In this document: piece by piece, positions 6,305-13,729 of the stretch
How the letters are laid out: each line of letters opens with the position of its first letter
How positions within the stretch are numbered: position 1 is the stretch's first letter
Assembly (NCBI GenBank): GCA_049969675.1
Contig: JBMFOP010000080.1
Coordinates: forward strand, 1 to 13,729
Reading direction: 5' to 3'
DNA from: Myxococcota bacterium
GTDB lineage: Bacteria; Myxococcota; SpSt-1050
Length of the DNA stretch: 13,729 nt
The notes under the pieces: generated by a model
Told to the model about the DNA's origin: nothing
Seen by the model: the letters and a program-made list of their open reading frames with translations, nothing else
The model's database searches: none
Made by a program: the position numbers and the translations under genes

Positions 6305-8590
6305 TCAGGGGCTCCTTGAGTAGATATAGTGCCCTATCTGGCCGAAAGATATACCTCCATCATTTGGTGGAACGATGCGATTTATTAAAACATTAAAATT
6401 ATTCTCTCTCAAGATCTTCACAGAGGAGGAGAGTAAATACTTGTTTTGAAATACCCCACCCGAGAGAGCCACAGTAAAGAGGCCGCTGCTATCTCTTATA
6501 TTTTTTGAGATTTCAAGAATCAGATGGGCAACCCCATTGTGAAATTTGGCTGCAATTATTGAAGAATCTACTCCGGATTTGATATCGGCAACTATATCTT
6601 TAAACAGATTTGATATATCAACCTCAATCTCCCCTTTATCAATCAGGTTGAATGAATATCTCTCCCTCACCCCCTTCTTTGCCATATATTCAAGTGCCAT
6701 GGCAGCCTCCCCCTCAAAGGAGTTCCTCTCTCTTATACCAGCCAGAAATGAAACCGCATCAAACAACCTCCCCATACTTGAGGTTGTAAATGTGTTTATC
6801 TTTTCAGAGAGGGAATAAAGAATCAGCCTGTACTTCTCGTTAGCAATCCTCTTATTTACATCTATCTCAAGCGGGTCAATTCCAGATGCGAGAAGGTATG
6901 ATATGGCGGGAATGAAGCAGTACTCAGAGGCAGTATCTCCACCAGCCATTTCTATATATTTCAGGTGTGCAACCCTTTTATATTCTCTAAGATTACAGAG
7001 GAATACCTCACCGCCCCAGATCAGACCATCATCTCCATAACCGGTTCCGTCAAAGGCAAATCCAATTACATCACCTTCATAATTATTCTCAAGCAGTACC
7101 GAGCATATATGTGCATAGTGGTGCTGAACTTCATAGATATCGTTTAGTTGCAGTCTTTTTACAATTTCTCTTGTAAGATATAGAGGGTGCTTATCCAGAA
7201 TAGCAGTCTCTGGATTTATTTGAAGTATCCCGGAGAGGAGATTATATGTGTGAATAAAAAACTCAATCCCCTCCTCTGTCTTGAGGTCACCCAGATGCTG
7301 ACTCATTATTATCTGATTCTCTCTATTTAATGCAAATGAACCCTTGAGTTCACCGCCCGTGGCGAGGACAGACTCTTTGAGTCCTTTATTTATAATAATT
7401 GGATTGGGCACAAATCCCCTTGCCCTCCTGAGTATTATCTCCTCCCCTTCAAATGAATACATTATGGAGTCGTCAACTCTATTGTAAATATCCCTGTTGT
7501 GCATAAGAAATGCATCTACAATATTGCTGAGATTTCTCTCTGCTGTCTCATTTGTATATTCAATCGGGAGTTCACTGATATTCCCGCTCGTCATAACCAG
7601 TGCAGAGAAGTCATAACTTCCATCCTCCAGATTAGAGAAGAGGAGTGTATGAAGCGGTGTATATGGAAGCATTATTCCTATATAATCATTTTGAAATGAT
7701 ATCTCTTCTGGTAGACTGTAGTCCTCACTCTTCTTTAAGAGCAGGATTGGAGATTCTGGGCTTTTAAGTATCTTCTCCTCTCTCTCCGAGATTATAGCGA
7801 GTCTCCTGGCGGTCTTAATATCGGGCACCATTATGGCAAATGGCTTCATATTCCTTCGTTTCCTCTCTCTTAAAAGAACCACAGCCTCCCGTCTGGTCGC
7901 ATCACAGGCGATATGAAATCCGCCAATGCCCTTTATTGCTACAATCTTCCCCTCTCTTAAAAGCATCTTTGTCTTACTGATTGCCTCATTACCTGAGATT
8001 ATTTTATTTTCCCCCTTAATTATTAGATATGGCTCTGGTCCGCAGAGATGGCAGGCATTTGGCTGAGCATGGAATCTCCTGTTTGATGGGTCGTCATACT
8101 CCCCCTTACAGGATTCGCACATAACAAATACCCTCATCGTTGTATTCTGTCTATCGTAAGGGACTTTCTGAATGATGGAATAGCGAGGTCCACAATTTGT
8201 ACAGTTAATGAATGGATACAGGAATCTCCTGTCATCTCTATTTAAGAGCTCAGACTTACAATCCTCACATATAGCGAGGTCTGGAGAGATTGAGGTGGTG
8301 ACCTCCTCCTCCCCCGAAGAGTGAATTATTGAAAAATCCTTAAAGTCAATCAGATCTATCTTTTCTATTTCAATGGTGGTTATCCTTGATGCAGGTGGTG
8401 GTGAACTCTTAATACAATTAATGAATCTATTTATTCTCTCCTCATCTGAGGTTGCCAGAATCTCTACCCCGCTGGAGCTATTCCTGACCGTCCCTTTTAT
8501 ACCGAGTTCGTTTGCCAGTCTATATATAAAAGGTCTCATACCCACCCCCTGAACTATCCCATTTATCCTTATTGAAAAACTAACCCTCAT
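6305..8590 (-). CDS. hypF: Carbamoyltransferase HypF ([NiFe]-hydrogenase maturation factor)
   Basis: Full architecture present: acylphosphatase domain (GIVQGVGMRPF), two Zn fingers (CEDC...CTNCGPRY; CESC...RRFHAQPNACHLCGP), YrdC-like domain (KGIGGFHIACDA, RRARG) and Kae1-like domain (QHHYAH, DGTGYG, WGGE, SSMGRLFDA, SGGVFQN, PPNDGGISFGQ). Confidence 0.96.
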   Translation of the reverse strand: MRVSFSIRINGIVQGVGMRPFIYRLANELGIKGTVRNSSSGVEILATSDEERINRFINCIKSSPPPASRITTIEIEKIDLIDFKDFSIIHSSGEEEVTTSISPDLAICEDCKSELLNRDDRRFLYPFINCTNCGPRYSIIQKVPYDRQNTTMRVFVMCESCKGEYDDPSNRRFHAQPNACHLCGPEPYLIIKGENKIISGNEAISKTKMLLREGKIVAIKGIGGFHIACDATRREAVVLLRERKRRNMKPFAIMVPDIKTARRLAIISEREEKILKSPESPILLLKKSEDYSLPEEISFQNDYIGIMLPYTPLHTLLFSNLEDGSYDFSALVMTSGNISELPIEYTNETAERNLSNIVDAFLMHNRDIYNRVDDSIMYSFEGEEIILRRARGFVPNPIIINKGLKESVLATGGELKGSFALNRENQIIMSQHLGDLKTEEGIEFFIHTYNLLSGILQINPETAILDKHPLYLTREIVKRLQLNDIYEVQHHYAHICSVLLENNYEGDVIGFAFDGTGYGDDGLIWGGEVFLCNLREYKRVAHLKYIEMAGGDTASEYCFIPAISYLLASGIDPLEIDVNKRIANEKYRLILYSLSEKINTFTTSSMGRLFDAVSFLAGIRERNSFEGEAAMALEYMAKKGVRERYSFNLIDKGEIEVDISNLFKDIVADIKSGVDSSIIAAKFHNGVAHLILEISKNIRDSSGLFTVALSGGVFQNKYLLSSSVKILRENNFNVLINRIVPPNDGGISFGQIGHYIYSRSP

Positions 8591-9608
8591 TGGTCAATAT
8601 GACCTTCTTAAAGAGATTAACATATTCATCTGCCGTTTTATCCCAGTTGAACCGCTTTACTACATCATCCCTATTTCTCTTAAGGTTCTCTCTGATATTT
8701 GGATTTGTAAGTACAGAAAAGATTGAATGGGCAATGCTCTCCTTATCAAAGCCGGATGAAAAGAATACCGCATCTCCTGCTATCTCCCTTACAGAGTCAA
8801 GTGGTGTACATACAACGGGGGTTGAGGCGGCAAGTGCCTCAAGGACAGGGAAACAGAAGCTCTCATATCTGGAAGGCTGAACCATAAGGGATGCCTTCCA
8901 GTACATATCTATCAGCAGTTTATCATCCAGATTGTAATAAAGTGTAATTCTATCAGACAACCTAAAGCTTGAATTTCTTGCCTTCTGGGGGTTGCTGACT
9001 ACTATTTTGAGATTGTAGTTAATTTTATCTTTGATTAGATTAAATGCATCTATCAATTCATTCATATTCTTTGCACTCAGATAGGAGATTACACTTAATA
9101 TATAGTTCTCTCTATCCACATTCTCCGAGAAGAATGACTCATCAATACCACTATAGATTACAGATATTTTATCTGCCACCTGAGGATAAAAGTGCAGAAT
9201 CCTCTCCCTCTCAGAATGTGAGACAGTCACAATATGGTCCGCTATTTCAATAATATGAGGGATGAGCCTTTTGTAGTATTCCTTAAACATCTTTGAATAT
9301 GAATTGGAAGTGGCGAGATATGCGACAGAGTGAAGGGTTACAACAAGCCTCACTCCTTCAGGTATCCATACAGGTGCAATATTTGCCGGGCAGAAGAGAA
9401 GGTCATATTCAAGTGACTTAAACGGAAGACAGAAGTGCTCCCAGATGTGCTGGCTTAACCTGCTCTGAGATGGAGGTTTTATTACATCAATATCAAGATT
9501 GGGTATACTGCTTAAATGTCTCAATAGCAGATCAGTATATCTCTCCACACCACTCACGGTGCTGTGCATTAATACCCTGCCATCTACCAGTATCTTCATC
9601 CTCTCCAT
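8580..9608 (-). CDS. Glycosyltransferase family 4 (MtfB/WbpY-like)
   Basis: GT-B fold motifs ILVDGR...SGVERY, VVTLH, IVTVS, VIYSGID and the E-x7-E motif PSRYESFCFPVLEA, followed by F.W...A. The true start may be the second Met at 9599. Confidence 0.9.
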   Translation of the reverse strand: MERMKILVDGRVLMHSTVSGVERYTDLLLRHLSSIPNLDIDVIKPPSQSRLSQHIWEHFCLPFKSLEYDLLFCPANIAPVWIPEGVRLVVTLHSVAYLATSNSYSKMFKEYYKRLIPHIIEIADHIVTVSHSERERILHFYPQVADKISVIYSGIDESFFSENVDRENYILSVISYLSAKNMNELIDAFNLIKDKINYNLKIVVSNPQKARNSSFRLSDRITLYYNLDDKLLIDMYWKASLMVQPSRYESFCFPVLEALAASTPVVCTPLDSVREIAGDAVFFSSGFDKESIAHSIFSVLTNPNIRENLKRNRDDVVKRFNWDKTADEYVNLFKKVILTNEG

Positions 9609-9617
9609 CCTGCAATC

Positions 9618-10751
9618 TTAAATAAAACTCTCAAGCCTCTCAAATATCCTGTTCCAGCCACATTCCCTAACAGAGTCGGCAATCTTCATCCGCTCGGAAT
9701 GGCTTATTATACCCATTTTTTCAATTGCCTCAATAAATAATTTTTTGTCTCTGTAATTTCTAAAATACTGGTTCTTCTCTTCAGATTCGGATAGCCCAGT
9801 TGCAATCACCGGCAACCCCGCCGCCAGATATTCATAATACTTGAGAGGTTTCTCAACATATTCAGTCAATCTATCTCGCTTAAAAGGGATAATCCCTATA
9901 TCACACCCCTTCAAAAGGGATGGGATATCCTTATATCTTCTTGCACCCAGATATATTACATTTGGAAGCGCCTTGATTCTCTCAATATTCACCTTTGCAG
10001 GACCGATGAGCACAAATACTATATCTTTTAATGTCTTTGCTGCCTCATATAAAAGCTCAATATCCACCCAGAAATCTATTCCACCACAGAATACAGCCTT
10101 CTGCTTTTTAATGCTCAATAACTCTCTATCTGGTTCTGCCTTTAAGAAGAGTTCAATATCCACCCCATTCGGGAGAATTTTTATGTTCTCAAAATCAGGA
10201 TATTTATCCTTTAGATAATTTAGTAACCTCTTATTTACTGTCAGTATGATTGGATTTCTATCTCTTATAAACACCTCTTCATATCTCTTCAATCCCTCAG
10301 GATGACTTAAAAAGCCCTCAAGTAAATCGTTATATCTATAGATAAACTTTTTTGCCCTGACATATCTACTCCACAGGAGCATAAATCCCTGAGATGTTAT
10401 ACAGATATCATATTCTTTTCTTGAAAGAGAGGACAGATTAAAAGAATAAGCAAAGAGGGAGAGGTTTAACCCTGAACCCAACAGGAAGTTATTTCTAATC
10501 GGTAGAGGGGTCATAGGTGTATACTGCCTCAAATTCTTCTCTATCTCAATTCCAGAGGAGATGCCATTTTTTAGTATCGCTCTTCTATAAGAGATAAAAG
10601 GAATGAAAAGATCAATACAATAGGCGGGTGGGGTCACAAAGTCCACCTCATCCCCATTTCTTGCAAAGTAGAGTGCAAAGTGATTTGTATCAATAAATTC
10701 GTTGTCAATATTAAACGGGAAGTTCCCGAATATGAGAATCTTTCTACCCAT
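9618..10751 (-). CDS. Glycosyltransferase family 4-like (TuaH-like)
   Basis: Motifs LPNGVD, GGIDFWVD, FVLIGP, PNVIYLG, DIGIIPF and PLKYYEYLAAGLPVI. 8-bp overlap with the upstream asnB-like gene. Confidence 0.88.
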   Translation of the reverse strand: MGRKILIFGNFPFNIDNEFIDTNHFALYFARNGDEVDFVTPPAYCIDLFIPFISYRRAILKNGISSGIEIEKNLRQYTPMTPLPIRNNFLLGSGLNLSLFAYSFNLSSLSRKEYDICITSQGFMLLWSRYVRAKKFIYRYNDLLEGFLSHPEGLKRYEEVFIRDRNPIILTVNKRLLNYLKDKYPDFENIKILPNGVDIELFLKAEPDRELLSIKKQKAVFCGGIDFWVDIELLYEAAKTLKDIVFVLIGPAKVNIERIKALPNVIYLGARRYKDIPSLLKGCDIGIIPFKRDRLTEYVEKPLKYYEYLAAGLPVIATGLSESEEKNQYFRNYRDKKLFIEAIEKMGIISHSERMKIADSVRECGWNRIFERLESFI

Positions 10752-12615
10752 CTAAAAAGTTTTTGAAGAATAGTTCAAGGGATAAGACTCCCCAGAGTCC
10801 CCTTGAAAATTTTGCATCAGAATTCAAAAGGCTTTCTATCGTCTCTGTATTAAACAACCCTCTCTCCTTTGCCTTTTTTGAGAGAAGTATATCATTGAAG
10901 AACCCTCTGAGTTCTCTCTTTGCCCAGATATTTAATGGGACAGGAAATCCCATCTTATCCCTTCTCTCCAATATCTTCTGAGGGACGATATTTTTAACAA
11001 CTTTCTTTAAAAGATATTTCAGTTCGCCATTTTTAAACTTTATGACAGGAAGTGTGGAACAGATATGTTCTACTATCCTGTAATCTAAAAATGGAGTGCG
11101 GGATTCCAGACCCCATGCCATTGATGTCCTATCCTCTACCTGAAGGAGCGCCTGCAGATGATATTTCAGATCAAAGTACTGTATTCTATTTATATATGAA
11201 GTCTTATCGGGCTTTGTGAATATAGCCTCAAACTTTTCATACTCTTTTGAAAGAGAGACATTGATATCCTGATTTAAGAGATTATTTACCTCAGAAAATC
11301 TATTCATCAGTCTAAAATATCTCTTCGGCTGTTCCTCAAAGAGCCCATCCTTGAAGAAGCCTTTTATCATAGGGATATAGTTGTTTAAAAGTTTCAGGTT
11401 GGGGATTATAGTCTTAAGTGTTGCGACATATTCGGCATTCTCCGCGGTATCAGCAATAGCGCCTTTAAGACACTCCTCAAGATAAGCCACAAGATATCTT
11501 GCATATCCAAGGAAAATTTCATCTCCTCCCTGCCCCCCCAGAATTACCTTTACCTTCTCTGATGCAATCTTTGAGACAAAGAACTGTGGGAAGAGTCCTG
11601 GACCGGCGGCTGGCTCATCCATATAATAGATTATTTTTTGAATACTCTCACTGAAATCATCAGCAGATAAAACTATCTCATTATATTCCGTATTGAATTC
11701 CCTGCTAATCAATTTTGCATATTCGGTCTCATTAAATTCCCTTCCTTCAGCAAATGCACCTGTAAAGGTAGTAAGTGGAAGGTCATTTAGAATAAGTCTT
11801 GAGAATGCTACAATAGTTGAGGAGTCCAGTCCACCCGAGAGGTGGGCACCGACAGGGACATCAGAACGCATCCTTATTCTCACGGCATCCTGAATAAGAT
11901 ATTTGAGCCTGTCAACAATCTTCTCCTCATCTCTATCATCAACGACATCAAATTTTATATCCCAGTACTGCCTTATCTGAATCTGATTTGAAAATATATT
12001 GTAAATAAGATTATGCCCGGGCTCCAGCCTCTTTACTCCCTTAAACAATGTCTCCTCATCAAGTGACATCTGGAATACAAGATAGTCTGAGAGGGCATCA
12101 TAATTCAATTCTGGTTTTTTGAATCTTAATATTGCCTTTATCTCGGAGGCGAAGACGAATCTCTCTCTGTCTGAATAATAGTAAAATGGCTTTACTCCCA
12201 GCCTATCCCTCGAACAGAATATGGTCTTGTCTTCATCATCATAAATGGCAAATGCCCACATCCCGTTGAACCTCTTAACACAACCCTCTCCCCACTCTTC
12301 ATAGGCGTGGAGAATTACCTCTGTATCTGTATTGGTATAGAATCTGTGTCCGTATCCCCTCAGTTCCCGTGCGAGTTCCAGATAGTTGTAGATACATCCA
12401 TTGAAAATTATTATCTTTCTTTTATCTTCATTAAAGAGAGGTTGTCTGCCAGTATTTAAATCAATGATTGAAAGCCTTCTATGCCCGAAATAGATTCTCT
12501 TATCCGAAGAGATATATTCGCCCCACTCATCTGGGCCACGATGAATAAGTATATTTAATGCCTCTCGGGCTACCTCTTCATCAAAATTTCCAGAAATTCC
12601 AAAGATACCACACAT
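10744..12615 (-). CDS. asnB: Asparagine synthase (glutamine-hydrolysing) family amidotransferase, probably glycan-amidating given context
   Basis: Ntn nucleophile MCGI, HRGPD, GHRRLSIID, TDTEVIL, RDRLGVKP, PP-loop LSGGLDSS, GGQGGDEIFLGY, DRTSMAWGLESRTPFLD, KMGFPVP. AAGGGA SD-like motif upstream. Confidence 0.93.
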   Translation of the reverse strand: MCGIFGISGNFDEEVAREALNILIHRGPDEWGEYISSDKRIYFGHRRLSIIDLNTGRQPLFNEDKRKIIIFNGCIYNYLELARELRGYGHRFYTNTDTEVILHAYEEWGEGCVKRFNGMWAFAIYDDEDKTIFCSRDRLGVKPFYYYSDRERFVFASEIKAILRFKKPELNYDALSDYLVFQMSLDEETLFKGVKRLEPGHNLIYNIFSNQIQIRQYWDIKFDVVDDRDEEKIVDRLKYLIQDAVRIRMRSDVPVGAHLSGGLDSSTIVAFSRLILNDLPLTTFTGAFAEGREFNETEYAKLISREFNTEYNEIVLSADDFSESIQKIIYYMDEPAAGPGLFPQFFVSKIASEKVKVILGGQGGDEIFLGYARYLVAYLEECLKGAIADTAENAEYVATLKTIIPNLKLLNNYIPMIKGFFKDGLFEEQPKRYFRLMNRFSEVNNLLNQDINVSLSKEYEKFEAIFTKPDKTSYINRIQYFDLKYHLQALLQVEDRTSMAWGLESRTPFLDYRIVEHICSTLPVIKFKNGELKYLLKKVVKNIVPQKILERRDKMGFPVPLNIWAKRELRGFFNDILLSKKAKERGLFNTETIESLLNSDAKFSRGLWGVLSLELFFKNFLDG

Positions 12616-12681
12616 ATTAAAATCCCTTTATTATAATCCTGGAGTATTATCAATAAGATTTTTACCTATATCACATCTATT

Positions 12682-12697
12682 AAAAATAATTATTTTT
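12682..12697. promoter_or_regulatory. Perfect 16-bp palindrome AAAAATAATTATTTTT in a divergent intergenic region; possible operator
   Basis: Reads identically on both strands and lies 66 bp upstream of the asnB start. It is all A/T, so chance cannot be excluded. Confidence 0.35.
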
Positions 12698-12943
12698 GAC
12701 TTTAGAGTATCAGATGGAGAGGGATTATAAATATAGATTAAAAGTAGGTGCTGGTGATGCTTAGAAATTATTGTTAAATAATCTTTATATCCATTGTCGG
12801 CTTTGAAATATCTTCTGATTATCTCCCAAACCCATTTACAAAATAATTCTTGACTTGTTTCATTATCTTTTTTTGATATAACTATGTCTATGAAAATTGA
12901 GATTAAATGATACTTTACAAAAATTATAAGAGGGAGATAAAAT

Positions 12944-13615
12944 ATGAAGAAGGTAGTATTGATTCTCTCAATCTTTATTAGTTATGCGTATTTCGTGGAA
13001 TATAGCTGGGATTATAATAATAGTTTCAGTCTGGCTTGCAGAGAAAACGGAGGCAGTGCTGTTGATCCACCCTGCAATGACAATGGGCTGGAAGCAGATA
13101 TGGTTATAATTATTCCAGCAGGCAGTATGATACCAGAACTTAGCTATGATAGTATGCAGACAAAGATTATTGAAGGATTAGATATAAGAAATATGATACT
13201 TATTTCAATATCAGAGAGTAATAATCATATAATTGATAAAGATGGTAAGCCCACATTTTTGTTTGGTTCAAAGGATTACCTGGGGGTGAGGGATTTAAGC
13301 ATAGAATTGAGTGAGATAAAATTTGAAAAAGATGTTTTAAATAGAATAATGTTGATAGCCTGTTTGGATTTAAATGTTGGATTATATAATAGAGCCAGCA
13401 GTGTCACTAATTTGTATGATAGAATAGAAGAAAAATATTTTTATATAGGAAATATTCAGGATAGTGGCAAAAGACTATCGGTAAAGCTTCCAATTAAATT
13501 TAATTTGAAGGTCATAAGGGATTCTGGGAAGAGTTATATAAATTCTTTAATCGTAACTTCTACGCAAAATGCGCGGAAGATTTTTATGTATCTTGTTTTC
13601 AGCTATGCAAATTAG
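12944..13615 (+). CDS. Hypothetical exported protein, possibly a truncated gene
   Basis: GAGGGAG SD 7 nt upstream, signal-peptide-like start MKKVVLILSIFISYA and a 223-codon open frame. No confident family assignment. Confidence 0.65.
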   Translation: MKKVVLILSIFISYAYFVEYSWDYNNSFSLACRENGGSAVDPPCNDNGLEADMVIIIPAGSMIPELSYDSMQTKIIEGLDIRNMILISISESNNHIIDKDGKPTFLFGSKDYLGVRDLSIELSEIKFEKDVLNRIMLIACLDLNVGLYNRASSVTNLYDRIEEKYFYIGNIQDSGKRLSVKLPIKFNLKVIRDSGKSYINSLIVTSTQNARKIFMYLVFSYAN

Positions 13616-13629
13616 GCGATAGATTTAAT

Positions 13630-13723
13630 GGCGGAGCGGAGCGAAGCCTCGTAGGGAGACCTAACTTTGGAAAAGGCGGAGCCTACGGTGCGTATTTGAA
13701 AAGATAGATATCATCTTCAGCAC
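13630..13723. repeat. GC-rich structured element with GCG(G/A)A tandem pentamers and inverted repeats (REP/MITE-like)
   Basis: GCGGA-GCGGA-GCGAA-GC at 13631-13647. CGTAGG (13650-13655) is inverted to CCTACG (13682-13687). AGGC-GGA-GCCT hairpin at 13674-13684. Bulged stem GTGC..TGAA..GAT / ATC-TTCA-GCAC at 13688-13723. Confidence 0.4.
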
Positions 13724-13729
13724 TATTAA

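Noticed and set aside
5434..11893. Short opposite-strand ORFs inside the radical SAM, hypF, GT and asnB genes
   Set aside because: Shadow frames of strongly supported genes, with no coding evidence.
13561..13707. Alternative-frame continuation of ORF 12944 (YAKCAEDF...GAYLKR*) as a programmed frameshift
   Set aside because: No slippery heptamer at the junction, and the peptide has no recognisable motif and stops after 48 codons.
1..13729. CRISPR array, tRNA/rRNA, transposase or prophage genes
   Set aside because: No regularly spaced repeats, cloverleaf or rRNA signatures, or mobile-element ORFs were seen. The window is almost entirely filled by the listed CDSs.

Overview
Gene-dense, AT-rich bacterial chromosomal window. 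Arg is mostly coded AGA/AGG, and the Cys-rich lipoproteins tentatively suggest a Myxococcota/deltaproteobacterial-like host (inference only). From left to right there are four blocks. (i) A PiT-family phosphate transporter (-) is divergent from a three-gene + strand unit: YfcE/MJ0936-type phosphoesterase, lipoprotein 5'-nucleotidase, and an OB-fold lipoprotein of unknown function. (ii) A TIGR03916-type 'DNA modification/repair' radical SAM-HhH gene stands alone without its usual partners. (iii) A tightly coupled - strand operon encodes an AsnB-like amidotransferase, two GT4 glycosyltransferases and hypF, with no other hydrogenase gene in view. (iv) A secreted hypothetical ORF runs into a short GC-rich element rich in GNA-triloop hairpins. 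No rRNA, tRNA, CRISPR array or transposase was seen. The best candidates for undescribed biology are a split YhcR/ExeM-like surface nucleic-acid/phosphate-scavenging module and hypF embedded in a glycan-modification operon.
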